Shown: positions 14,374 to 25,869 of the stretch, in pieces | Layout: each line of letters opens with the position of its first letter | Numbering within the stretch: the first letter of the stretch is position 1 | Origin: Heptranchias perlo | Taxonomy: Eukaryota | Length of the DNA: 64,000 nucleotides | Direction: 5' to 3' | Assembly: GCF_035084215.1 (NCBI RefSeq) | Contig: NC_090340.1 | Location: 14,818,001 to 14,882,000 of the forward strand | Position numbers and translations under genes: made by a program | Notes under the pieces: model-generated | The model's database searches: none | Told to the model about the DNA's origin: nothing | What the model saw: only the letters and a program-made list of their open reading frames with translations

Positions 14374-14615
14374 GGGGGGTAATTTTAACCCCCAAGAACG
14401 GGTTGGGTGTGGGTGGGAAGTTAAAAATAGTTGTTTTTTGGGCCGTGACCGCAAAATTTTCTGACTTTGTATTCCCATTGGGAAGCCTGTAATTGTATGT
14501 GCCCACATTAAACCCGGAAGTGGAGCCTGGTTGCGGTCACGACCCAAAAAATCGACTATTTTCAACACCCAAGCGCCCCCAACCCACCCGTTCTTGGGGG
14601 TTAAAATTACCCACC
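14374..14615. mobile_element. MITE with ~80 bp terminal inverted repeats
   Basis: gggggtaattttaacccccaagaacggg ... cccgttcttgggggttaaaattaccc. Inner arms ttttttgggccgtgaccgcaa / ttgcggtcacgacccaaaaaa are also inverted. Confidence 0.85.
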
Positions 14616-14917
14616 ATGGTCTTAGTTCCAGTCGCAGTTGAAACGCTAAAAGTGGCCTGGGCGTCCACGGAGAGGAAGAGGACAATTAGCATGAATTCCT
14701 GCTTCTGATCATTATCCAGAAGCCGCTGCGGGAAAATTCCAGTCTGATGAGGACGGACTAGGACTGGACCATGAGATGCCCGTCCACACTAATTCTCTGG
14801 ATTCACAGGTGAACGTTGGCCACGTGGGGGGAAAGGTATGGAGGGCTGTGAAGGCTGTGGACATCCCTTGAGAAGGTAACAAAAGAGGAGAACCTCGCAA
14901 AGCCACACTAAAGCAAT

Positions 14918-15060
14918 TCACTCTGATAGGTATGTATAACGGATTAAAGAACAGTTCGAGAAAACTGAACCCGCAGCTTTTACAGATGTTAATGCAATAT
15001 TAACAAAATCACTCGGGAAGTGGCGCCTGCGATAGGAATTCTTCAACCCTACATAGAAAC
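14918..15060 (-). CDS. Gene A candidate terminal cytoplasmic exon 1 (GFYVGLKNSYRRRHFPSD...LIRYTYLSE*)
   Basis: Acceptor cttctgtcttgtctcttcttag|, phase 1 frame open for 47 codons including the stop. The acceptor abuts a SINE end, so it could be fortuitous. Confidence 0.35.
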
Positions 15061-15074
15061 CTAAGAAGAGACAA

Positions 15075-15520
15075 GACAGAAGTTGCATTTGTATAGCACC
15101 TTTTACGACCACAGGACGTTCCAACGAGCTTCACAATCATTGAAGTACCTTTGAAGTGTAGCCATTAAGGTAATGTGGGGTAAAGCAGCAGCAAATTTGT
15201 GCATGGCAAAGTCCCACAAATAGCAATGACCAAATAATCGGTTTTACTTAAGTGGATGGAGGGATAAAAATTGGCCAGGACACCGGGGAAACTCCCCTGC
15301 TCCTCTTCGAAATAGAGTCATGGGATCTTTTATGTCCACCCGAGAGGGCAGACGGGCCTCGGTTTAAGGTCTTGTCAGAAAGTCGGTACCTCTGACAGAG
15401 CAGCACTCACTCAGTGCTGCGCTGAAATATTAGCCTAGATTTGTGCTCAAGTCTCTGGAGTGAGAACTTGAACGCACAACTTTTTGACACAGAACAAGGA
15501 GCTGCCACTGAGCCAAGCAT
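15075..15520 (-). mobile_element. DeuSINE (SacSINE1/AmnSINE1-related), near full length
   Basis: tRNA-like head (tggctcagtgg ... gttcaagt) and central ttaaaccgaggcccgtctgccctctc...aaagatcccatg...ccccggtgtcctggccaa, which I recognise as the Deu domain. Confidence 0.75.
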
Positions 15521-15773
15521 CAAAATTACATCCTATGTTCAGCGTTTACTATTGAATTAACCTGCAACAAACTGAATTAAATATGAAAATTATTGTGTTA
15601 TAGGTATCGGTTTTCCATGTTGTCTGCAATTTGGTACCAAAGCGTTTTAATCAGTAATTTTAAATTACATAAGAAACAGCTGACTAAAGCACATTTCTCA
15701 TCTCCATACCGCCAATCTTATCTGTGAATATGCTTTGAAGGTGATTTCATGAATTAATAAATCATTCTCTTAC

Positions 15774-15887
15774 CTTCAATGGAAGATATTTTTACGTGGT
15801 CCACAATAATAGCCGTCAGTGCAAGAATTACCAAAAAAGCCATGAGAAGCCGAACAATCATGAGGAGCGAGATGCTGAAACCGTGAC
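15774..15887 (-). CDS. Gene A exon 4: transmembrane exon with Arg (GHGFSISLLMIVRLLMAFLVILALTAIIVDHVKISSIE)
   Basis: ccgtag| acceptor and GAAG|gtaaga donor, 114 nt, phase 1-1, in frame with the C1 exon. About 24 hydrophobic residues with a single Arg. Not present in the ORF track. Confidence 0.85.
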
Positions 15888-16700
15888 CTACGGTGTAGGA
15901 TTAGAATCAAGATACAATACTGATATAAGTATTATCGATTGGTTCATACAGAGGAATGGGGTCGCAGCAATCGGCTAAAATCCCGATTCAATTATCCGCA
16001 ATGTGATTATTAAAGTAAGAGCGGCACTGAGTAGTAAAGGAAATCAACGGACGATGTTTTATTGATTATTGTCTGGCGAGGCTAAGAGTTGTTAATAAAA
16101 TGATACATTGAACCGGCTGCACTGTAGCCAGGTTTCGGGCACAGTTTAATGGAGGTTTCTGAGACAGGTCCTAATTGAACACGCAGTGGAGAGGTGTGGG
16201 TTACAAGTTGGACAGAGGGTTAATTTCACAATTTTGCACTAGAAGTAACAGAAAGGGGGATCAGGATCGAAACTGCATTGGGAGAAGCCCGAGATCAGCC
16301 AACTTGACTGCAGCTCCTGGTAACAGTTTTCATGCAGGGAAAGCCAGCAATGGTAAAGAATAAAACAATTTTGACGTGGAAACAAAAAAAGTGAAAAAAT
16401 ATTAATCGAAAGCAGGAGAGGAAATACAATCGGATACAAAAGATTAACTCCTGTTTATATTTTTTATACGGCAAATAGAAGAATTTGAAGACAAATAGCG
16501 TGCAATTGAGAATATTTGTGCGGCGGACGATATAACCCGGGTTCACAACACATCGGGTTCAATTATATTATATATTAAAACGAGAACGTTATGTTTTCGT
16601 TGATAATTCCCATTAACTATCTTCATGATTATAAATAGGAACAAACTCTACCATGTAGCTCATTGCGAATTTGACAGTAGCTAGACTGTTGGCCTCGTAC

Positions 16701-17006
16701 CTGGGTTAGATTTAGTATAGGTGATAACAGCTGGAGTCTCAAGTGAGACATGAGATACCGAGCAGGTATATTTGGCGCCGCTCGAGACAGGCTGCGTCTC
16801 TTCCAAAGTGCTGGAAACTTCATACAGCCCCTCAGTGTTCTGCCGTTTAATGGTGTGTATTCCTGTTGCAGTTTCAACGCCATTTTTATACCAAGTGAGG
16901 GTGAAGTTCTCCGGATAAAACTCAGCCGTTTCACACATAAGAATCAGAGACGCAGATGAATTCCCTTCAGCTGTCATAGAGACAATAATCAGTGGAGTTG
17001 GGGCAG
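16701..17006 (-). CDS. Gene A exon 3: Ig C1-set domain
   Basis: ttctgttccgcag| acceptor and CCAG|gtacga donor, phase 1-1. C1 hallmarks LMCETAEFYPENFTLTWYKN, GLYEVSSTL and YTCSVSHVSL. Confidence 0.93.
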
Positions 17007-17684
17007 CTGCGGAACAGAAAATGAGCAAAATCGAGTTACTGTGCACCATTGGGAGAAATTAAATATGATTCTGATTTACCTTCCGTCCATTTTATTTTAA
17101 CAGCAACATTCCAAAGCACAGCCTCCTGTCGCTTTCATTTTAGGCACATCATCTACACACACCTCATCCATTTCTCTCATCGCCGCCGGCAACTGTTCTA
17201 TTTTACCTGCGCTCTCGAGTCCAAGACATTGAGATATTCAACAGACACGTCGAACGATTGTTAATCAATGTCTGCGTCTCATAACCCAAATAATTAAATA
17301 AATAAATCTTGGGGGTAAGATGCCATACCAAGTCCCTCCATGTTTGGTACTCACAGATAGACAGTGACGATTAAGCTGCACATTGTCGATGATAAAACGA
17401 GGGTATTAGTAGGTATCGGACAGATCTCACAGCCGAGGCATGAAATTGGTGAAAGAAACTATATTCGTTTGAACCTCTGGCGGTTTCAGCAACACAGTTC
17501 CTGTGTATTATTGTATTTATTGGAGATTAGTGAGGTGACAACGTTGTGAATTCCAAGCTCCAGTTTGTTGAGTGAACCCGTTAATCAACAGTTAGTTGCA
17601 CGCTGGCTTTCAAATCCGTGACGCTAACGAATTATATGAGAATAAATTTCGGGAAGAGACAGCGGTGGGGGCAAACAGAGCTTC

Positions 17685-18115
17685 CAATTATATTCTCTGG
17701 AGATTAGAAGAATGAGAGGTGATCTCATTGAAAAATAGAAGATTCTAAGAGGGCTTGATCGGGTAGATGCTGAGAAGATGTTTCCCCTGGCTGGAGAGTC
17801 TAGAACTAGGGGACATAGTCTCAGGTTAAGGGATCGGACATTTAGGACTGAGATGAGGAGGAATTTCTTCACTCAGAGTGTACTGAATATTTGGAATTCT
17901 CTACCCCAGAGAGCTGTGGATGTTCAGTCGTTGAATATATTCAAGGCTGAGATAGATAGATTTTTAGACTCTGAGGGAATCAAGGGATATGGGGATAAGG
18001 CGGGAAAGTGGAGTTGAGGTCGAAGATCATCCATGAACTTATTGAATGGTGGAGCAGGCTCGAGGCACCATATGGCCTACCCTTGCTCCTATTTCGTATG
18101 TTCTTATGTTCCTTT
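17685..18115 (+). mobile_element. CR1 3' fragment in gene A intron 2 (antisense to the gene)
   Basis: RRMRGDLIE and RRNFFTQSVLNIWNSLP, tail tatgttcttatgttc. Confidence 0.88.
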
Positions 18116-18492
18116 GTTCAAACTGGACTAAGCGGCCTGTATATGGTGGTTAAGGCTCATTAATATAAATAATGTTCAGTCAGTTATATGCTTCCAATTT
18201 GTTCCTAACTTCCGCTATCAGACATCTGGTGTATAGATTGTATTTGGAGTTATAGTCTATCTGGTTACTATTGATCATTTTTGCAGCACTCTGCGTATGA
18301 AGGGTTACATTTTATGTCTAATTAGTATTTCTATACAGAGAACACGAACATACAACTTAACTTTCTCGCGAAATGTAATAATATAAAACATTATACTGTC
18401 AAAATTTGTACAATAAAACAATTTTAAAACATCCCCGTTTGTTGCGTTGGATATATTTGCGATAGTCCAGTTCTCCAGTGTTTCACACTCAC

Positions 18493-18813
18493 CATGCACA
18501 ATTAGATGTGATCCGGTTCCATTCCCTCGAACTATACCCTGACGCATCACTGCGCAGTGATAGATTCCAGAATCTTGGAAAGTCGCGCTCAGCAACTGAA
18601 AGAAACCGCTCGCTTTACTTTTCAGACCGAATCGTTTTCTGTCATCGGCACTTGTGCGCAGGTATTCATTCTCGCCCTGTTTCCACCAATGCACTCTTAC
18701 CCAGGAATGGTCTTGAGAGATGGGGAATATGCAGTAGAAGGTGATGTTTCCCCCTCTGGATACAGCCGCTTGTTCGGGCGCTTGAGTCACTCTGAATGAA
18801 GTGTGGTCCACAG
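18493..18813 (-). CDS. Gene A exon 2: germline-joined VJ-type Ig V domain
   Basis: ttctgtag| acceptor and CATG|gtgagt donor, phase 1-1, open frame. Motifs VTQAP, GGNITFYC, VHWWKQ, DSGIYHC and J-like GNGTGSHLIV in one exon. Confidence 0.93.
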
Positions 18814-18982
18814 CTACAGAAAACATAGTCAAGTACGGATTAATTTTATTAGATGGGACATGGAGATGGATGAGAGAAAGAAGAATCGATATAGAGGAAT
18901 TACCGTTCACTAAATTAATATGGAAACTATTTCGGAAGCATTTTATAAATTAAAGTAGCTGCTATATTGAATAAAGAGGTAC

Positions 18983-19037
18983 CTGTGCAAATAATCCACC
19001 GAAGAGTCAGGCAAAGAAATGACAAATTCGTCCACAT
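18983..19037 (-). CDS. Gene A exon 1: signal peptide (MWTNLSFLCLTLRWIICT)
   Basis: ATG at 19037, 55-nt exon ending ACAG|gtacct (phase 1). Hydrophobic leader, identical in size and phase to gene B exon 1. Confidence 0.8.
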
Positions 19038-19270
19038 TCTGAGCAATAGATTAAACAGTAACTGCGAGTTTGCAACTGTTAAGAATGGTTTGCGGTTTGT
19101 TTCCTATGAAATACGTCGCAATGACGTTTGACATCCTGTAACTGCGGCTTTAGAAAATAGGCTTCGTTTGTGAAGTGGGATTTGCTAACTTCTGTACTTC
19201 TTCGACTGCTCGAATCATATCTGTCACAGACAACAAAGAGTAAGAGAAACTATTTGATTTTCAAATGCAG

Positions 19271-20540
19271 AATTTACTAACACTGGCGGAGTCAGTGTTG
19301 TTTCCTGATGATTTAAGATGAAGAAATGGAGGTGCGAGTGCGATATTCCTGGGGTGAATTTCGCAAGACGTTGATGCGTACACTGACCATCCTCTGCCAA
19401 CTACTTTAACGTGACCTAATGGCAAATCCATAAAAAGTGGGTACTAACATCGGTCGTTCATAATCAGCCTTTGAATAATAGGCAGCAATATTTTCTGAGA
19501 AACGTTGGTCAGAAAAGGACTGATTGACAGTTATCTGTGTGTGGACTGTTTACTATAAGTTCACACTTCCGTGCACATCCCAGGTGATATTCGACCGATG
19601 CTGTGCTTTGTAATGTGTTATACCCCGGAAGACTTGACACAAATCCGAACTGAGTAATGTGAAAGCTGAAAGATCAGTAATCACGTGATCGTGTGCCTTG
19701 CCATATGATTGGGCGTGGATGCTGGTGTCGGAAACCGTTCACTGTGACGTACTGAGCTGTTATAACGTCGTTCCATGGGCAGCTGGTTAATGTTGCAAAC
19801 CGTGAGCCTCTTTGTTATCAATTGTTCATCGTTATATTTCTATAACTTTCCGACGTTCAAAAAGCACATATCGTACGATCTCATTATATAGCTGCAGATG
19901 TGTTCTTGAAGTCTAGATATATGTGTAATTTTATTGTCCTGTTATCAGCTCGCGGGTTCTGTCGAGAGCGAATACAATGCATTAATGGTAGCCACGTTAA
20001 AGTAGTGCAAATTGGCTTTATAGTGGTTATGTTACTTAGCTGAACACAAATTGGCCGCCTAACGAGTTGCAAGTAAAACACTCAAGACCGAAGAATGTGT
20101 TAAACAGTGAATGGTAATATTCTTCCCGCTCGAGGTTCTGGTATATTGCAGGCTTTTTCACCTTTTGAAGCATATCCCCTTCAGAGAAGATATAGCGCAG
20201 AATTAAAAAAAACATCTATGCAATTAAAAGTCTCGCATATTGCGCGTGTCCATGAGGACCCCACTTGAACAATGTCGGTAAAACTTCGCAAAAGGCAGCA
20301 CTCCACAAATTAACACGTCATGCTTCTCTGATTGTTTCAGATAACCAAATTCCATTAAGTTTAGCGGATGGATTTCCTCAGATATGGACAGTAGCGAATG
20401 CAACAATAGGAAATATACCCGCCCCCTCACCACAAAACCCAGCAACAACAAAAACAACAATTTGCACATACATTATGCCTCTAACGTGGAAAAAAGACCC
20501 AATTCGGTTCACAGAGCAGTGAGAAAAATAGGAGTTAGAG
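19271..20540 (+). pseudogene. Possible decayed paralogue head-to-head with gene A
   Basis: After the acceptor at 19270 the phase-1 frame reads FK..PGVNFARR*CVH*PSSANYFNVT*WQ..NRQQY, compared with gene B FK..AGTNIAFNCTFPSA..NVNIYWW..SRQRF. A tail-like exon from 20381 contains IHYASNV. Confidence 0.25.
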
Positions 20541-20692
20541 CTAATAAAGGAGATATTAGGAATGAATGTTTTCTGAAAGAGGGAGATTCTAAAGAGGTTT
20601 GTAAAGGAGAAGGGGCAGCTGGAGAGATGGACAGGCCTCTTCAGGCAGAAGTCTCGAGTAGCTGATACTCCTCCTGAGGTCTCCACCGTCAC

Positions 20693-21885
20693 AGATGCCA
20701 TTCATCAGCCAAATCCATTCACTCCACATGATATCAAGAAATGGCTGAGTACACTGGATAGAGCAACACCCCCGCTGTAGTGCTGAAGACCTGCTCCAGA
20801 ATTAGCCACACGTCCAGCCAAGTGTTCAAATACAGCTACAACGCTGGCATCTACCCAACAAAGTGAAAAATTGCTCAGGTATGTCCTGGCCACTAAAAGC
20901 AGGACAAATCCAATCGGGCCATTTACCACCCTATCAGCCTACTCTCAATCATCAGTAAAGTCATGCAAGGTTCATCGATAGTGCTATCAAGTGGCACTTA
21001 CTCACCAATAACCTGCTTACTGAAGGTCAGGATCACGCAGCTCAAAAACGCATTACAACCTTTGTCCAAACATGCACAAAAGAGCTGAATTCAAGGTGGG
21101 AGGTGAGAATGACTGCCCTAAACATTAAGGCAACATTCGACCGAATGTGGCACCAAGGAGCCTTACTTAAAGCAAAATCAATGGAGATCAGCGGGGGGGG
21201 GGGGGGGAATTCTCCAGTGGCTGGGGTCAAACCTAGCGCAAAGAAAGATGGTTGTGGGTGTTAGAGATCAATCACCTCAACCCCAAGACAGCACAGCAGG
21301 AGTTCCTCAGGGCAGTGTCCAAGGCCCAACCATCTTCAGCTGCATCATTAATGACCTTCCATCAATCATAAGGTCAGAAGTGGGGCTGTTCGTTGATGAT
21401 TGTACAGTGTTCACTTCCATTCACAATCCCTCAGATAATATAGACTCACAGTCTGGACCTGGGCAACATCCAGGTTTGGGCTGATAAGCTACAAGTAACA
21501 TTCGCACCACACCAGTGCCAGGCAATGACCATCTCCAACAAGAGAGTCTAACCATCTCACCTTGCCATTCAGTGGCATTACCATCGGCGAATACCCCACC
21601 ATCAACATCCTGGGGGTCACCATTATAGTCACAAATAGTGTGGCTACAAGAGCAGGTCAGAGTCTCGTTTTACTGCGCGAGTGACTCACCTCCTGACTCC
21701 TCAAAGTCTTTCCACCAACTGCAAGGTACAAGTCTGGTGTGTGATGGAATACTCTCCACTTGTCTGGATGTGTGCAGTTCCAACAACACTCAAGAAACTC
21801 GACACCATCAAGGACAAAGCAGTCCATTGATTGCCACCCCATTCACCACCTTAATCATGCATTCCCTCCACCACAGATGCACCAG
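20693..21885 (+). mobile_element. CR1-group LINE RT fragment, family C
   Basis: GVPQGSVQGPTIFSCIINDL and FVDDCTV. Confidence 0.85.
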
Positions 21886-21889
21886 CAGT

Positions 21890-24075
21890 AAGAACATAAG
21901 AAATTGGAGCAGGAGTAGGTCATACAGCCCCTCGAGCCTGCTCCGCCATTCAATAAGATCATGGCTGATGTCCGACCTCAACCCACTTTCCCGCCCGATC
22001 GTCATATCTCTTGAATCCCTTAGAGCCCAAAAATATATCGATCTCATTCTTGAATATATTTAACTAGTAAGCATCCACAGCCGTCTGGGGTAGAGAATTC
22101 CAAATATTCACAGCCCTCTGGGCAAAGAAATGACTTCGCATCCCAATCCTAAATCCCCGAGCCCTTACCCTGAGATTATGCCCCCTGGTTCTAGACTCTC
22201 CAGCAGAGGGAAACAGCCTCTCACCATCTACCCTGTCAAGCCCTCTCAGAATCTTATATTTTCAATGAGATCACCTCTCATTCTTCTAAACTCCAGAGAG
22301 TATAGGCCCATTCTTCTCAATCTCTCCTCAAAGGACAAACCTCTCATCCCAGGAATCAATCTAGTGATCGTTCGTTGCACCGCCTGTCAGACAAGTATAC
22401 CCTTCCCTAGTTAAGGAGACCAAGACTGTACACAGTACTCTAGGTGTGGTCTCATCAAAGTCCTGCACAATTGTCGCAACACTTCCTTACTCTTGCACTG
22501 CAAACCCTTGCAATAAAAACCAACGAACCCTTTGCCTTCCTAATTGATTGCTGCACCTGCATGTTAACTTTCTGTGTTTCGTGTACAAGGACACCAAAAT
22601 CTCTCTGCATATCAACATTTATTAGTTTCTCATCATTTAAAAAATATTCATTTTTCTATTCTTCCTACCAAAGTGAACAACTTCACATTTCCCCGCATTA
22701 TACTCCATCTGCCACCTTCTTGCCCTTCTCACTTAACCTGTCTACATCCCTTTGCAGACTCTTTGTGTCCTCCTCACAAATTACTCTCCCACCTAGTATT
22801 GTATCGTCAGCAAACTTAGATACAGTACACTCGGTCCCTTCATCTAAATTATTAATGCAGATTATAAATAGCTGAGGCCCAAGCACTGAGCCTTGTGGCA
22901 CTCCGCTAGATACAGCCTGCCAGCCTGAAAATGAACCGTTTATCCCTACTCTCTGTTGTCTGTCCATTAACCAAACCACTAACAGTGCTAATATATTACC
23001 CTCAATCCCATTAGCCCTTATGTTGTGTAACGACCTTTTGTTTGGCACCTTTTCGAATGCCTTTTGAAAATCCAAATATACTACATCCACTGGTTCCCCT
23101 TTATCTACCCTGCTAGTTACACCCTCAAAAATGTCTAATGGATTGGTCACACACGATTCCCTTTCATAAAACCATGTTGATTCTGGCTAATCATATTATG
23201 ATATTCTAAGTGCCCTGTTGCCACAGACTTAATAATAGATTCCATCATTTCTCCGACTACTGATGTCAGTCTAACTGGCCTGTAGTTCCCTGCTTTCTCT
23301 TTCCCTCCTTCCTTGAATAGCAGTGTTACATTTGCTACCTTCCAATGCATAGGGACCGTTCTAGAATCTAGGGAATTTTGGACGATCAAAACCACTATCT
23401 CTGCAGCCTCCTCTTTTAGAATCCTCTGATGTAGGCCATCAGATCCAGGGGATTGGTTGGCTTTTAGTCCCAATAATTTCTCCAGTACTTTTTCTTTACT
23501 AATTTTAATTACTTTGATTTCCTCATTCTCATTAGATCCTTGTTTCCCCGCGAACCCTAACCCTAACCCCGGTATTTTTTCCGTTTCTTTTACTGTGAAG
23601 ACAGATACAAAATATATGTTTAACGCCTCTGCCATTTCCTTTTTCCTGATTATAATTTCTTTTGTCTCAGCCTCTAAGGGACCCATGTTTACTTTCGCTA
23701 ATCTCTTCCTTTTTCCATATTTGTAGAAGCTCTTCCAATCTGTTTTTATATTTCTCGCTAGTTTACTCTTATATTCTATTTTCTCACTCGTTATCAATTT
23801 TTTGGTCTTCCTTTGCTGGTTTCTAAAACTCTCCCAATCCTCAGGCTTACTACTCTTCTTGACACCATTATAAGCCTCTTATTTTAATCTAATACTATCC
23901 CTAACTTCTTTAGTTGGCCACGGATGGATGACTTTTCCATCGAGTTTTTATTCCTCAATGGAATGTATATTTGTTGAGAATTATGCAATATTTCTTTAAA
24001 TGTTCTCCATTGCTTGTCTACCATCATAGCTTTTAATCTAATTTCCCAATCAACCTCCGCCAACTCACCCCTCAA
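21890..24075 (-). mobile_element. CR1 LINE ORF2 (RT), family B
   Basis: [18 protein letters not shown] and KFADDT, with the 3' tail at 21890. Confidence 0.92.
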
Positions 24076-25730
24076 AACTTCTCCAATCTCTCCACATAAC
24101 TTCAGTCCCTCATCTCTGGTATCATCCTGTTAATCCTCCTCTGTAACCTCCCATGTCCTCGACACCTTTCCTAAAGTGTGGTGCCCAAAATTGTATACAA
24201 TACTTCAGCTGAGGCCTAACCAGTGATTGTAAATGTTTGGCATGAATTCTACGTTTTTGTATTCAATGCCCCTATTTACAAAGTCAATATCCCATACGCT
24301 TTCTGAACCACCTTTTCAACTTGCTCTGCCACCTTCAAAGATTTGTGAATATACAACCCAGGTCTCTCTGCTCCTGCAACACCGTCAAAATGGTATCATT
24401 TAGGTTATACTGCTTCTCCATTTTGTTCCTCCCGCATTAAATTGCATCTGCCATGTGTCTGCCCATTTCACCAATCTGCCTATTCCTCCTGAAGTCTGCT
24501 ACTATCCTATTCACTACTTACTATGCTGCCAAGTTTTGTATCATTCGCATACTTCGAAATTGTACTCCCTCTACCCAAGCCCAGGTCATTTATATTTATA
24601 TTTAACAACAAAAACAATGATCCTCATTCCGATCCCTGGGGATCCAACTCCATACTTCTCTCCAGTCAGAAAAACATCCGTTCACCACTACTCTCTGCCT
24701 CTTCTGCCCAAGCCAATTACGTACCCAAATTACCACCGTCCCTTTAATCCCATCTGCTTCTATTTGCTACATGCGCCTGTTATGTGATGCTTTATCAAAT
24801 GCCTTTTGAAAGTCCATATATACAACATCCATTGCACTATCTTCATCAACCCTCTCTGATACTTCATCAAACAACTCAGTCAGGTTAGTCAAACACGACT
24901 TTTCTTTCACAAATCCATGCTGGCTGTCCCTTAATAAGCGATGCATCTCCAAGTGAGAATTAATGTTGCCGCTGACAATGGTCTCTCGAAGTTTTCCTAC
25001 TTCTGACCTTAGACTGATTGGCCTGTAGTTGCAAGATTTATCCCTCTCTCCTTTTTTGAATAGGGGTGTAACATTTGCAATTCCCCAGTCGTCTGGCACC
25101 ACTCCCATACCCAAGGAGGATTGAAGGATTGTGGTCAGACCTTCTGTCATCTCCACACTTGCTTCCTTCAGCAACCTAGGTTGCATCCCATCTGGACCAG
25201 ATGACCCGTTAACTTCGAGTGATGCCATCCTATTTAGCACCTCCTTTCTATCTATTTTCATCCTATCCAATATCTCTACTCCCACCTCCTCTACTTCATC
25301 CTCTTCTTTAGTGAAGGCAGATGCAAAGTACTCATTAAGGACCTCAGTCATGCCCCCTGCCTCCGCAAGAAGCTTTACTTCTTTGTCCCTAATCGGCCCC
25401 AACATTCCTTTCACTATTCTTTTTCTTTTTCTATGTTTATAAAAGATTTTTGGGTTCCCTTTTATGTTACAAGCTGATCTTTTCTCATACTTTCTCTTTG
25501 CCCTACTTATATCCCTTTTCGATTTCCCCCTGCACTCTTTGTATTCTGCCTGGTTTTCCACTGTATTTTGTACGTGGCGTTTGTCATAGACCTCATTTTT
25601 CTGTTTTATTTTAATCTCTATTCCCTTTTCATCCAGGGAGCTCTAGCTTTGGATGTCCTATCTTTCCACCTTATGGGAATATGCTTGGTCTGTACCTGAA
25701 GTATCTCTGCCTCATAAGCCTGCCATTGCT
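24076..25730 (-). mobile_element. CR1 LINE ORF2 fragment (another subfamily)
   Basis: 264-aa ORF with VPDDWGIANVTPLFKKG, QHGF and MDFQKAFD. Confidence 0.9.
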
Positions 25731-25869
25731 CTTCAGTCTAAAATCATTTTAAAAAATATTATTAGGTAAATAACAATGGTCTAAACTATAACCAATCTCG
25801 CTCCGCTCGGTTTTCATTGAGCAAATATATGAAATGAAACTGGGTGAGGGATCTGGTAGCAAAGACAAA

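Noticed and set aside
16701-19037. Assigning the symbol NCR3, SIRP or TAPBP
   Set aside because: Features are mixed (NKp30-like J and TM Arg, SIRP/tapasin-like C1), and orthology cannot be established without phylogeny.
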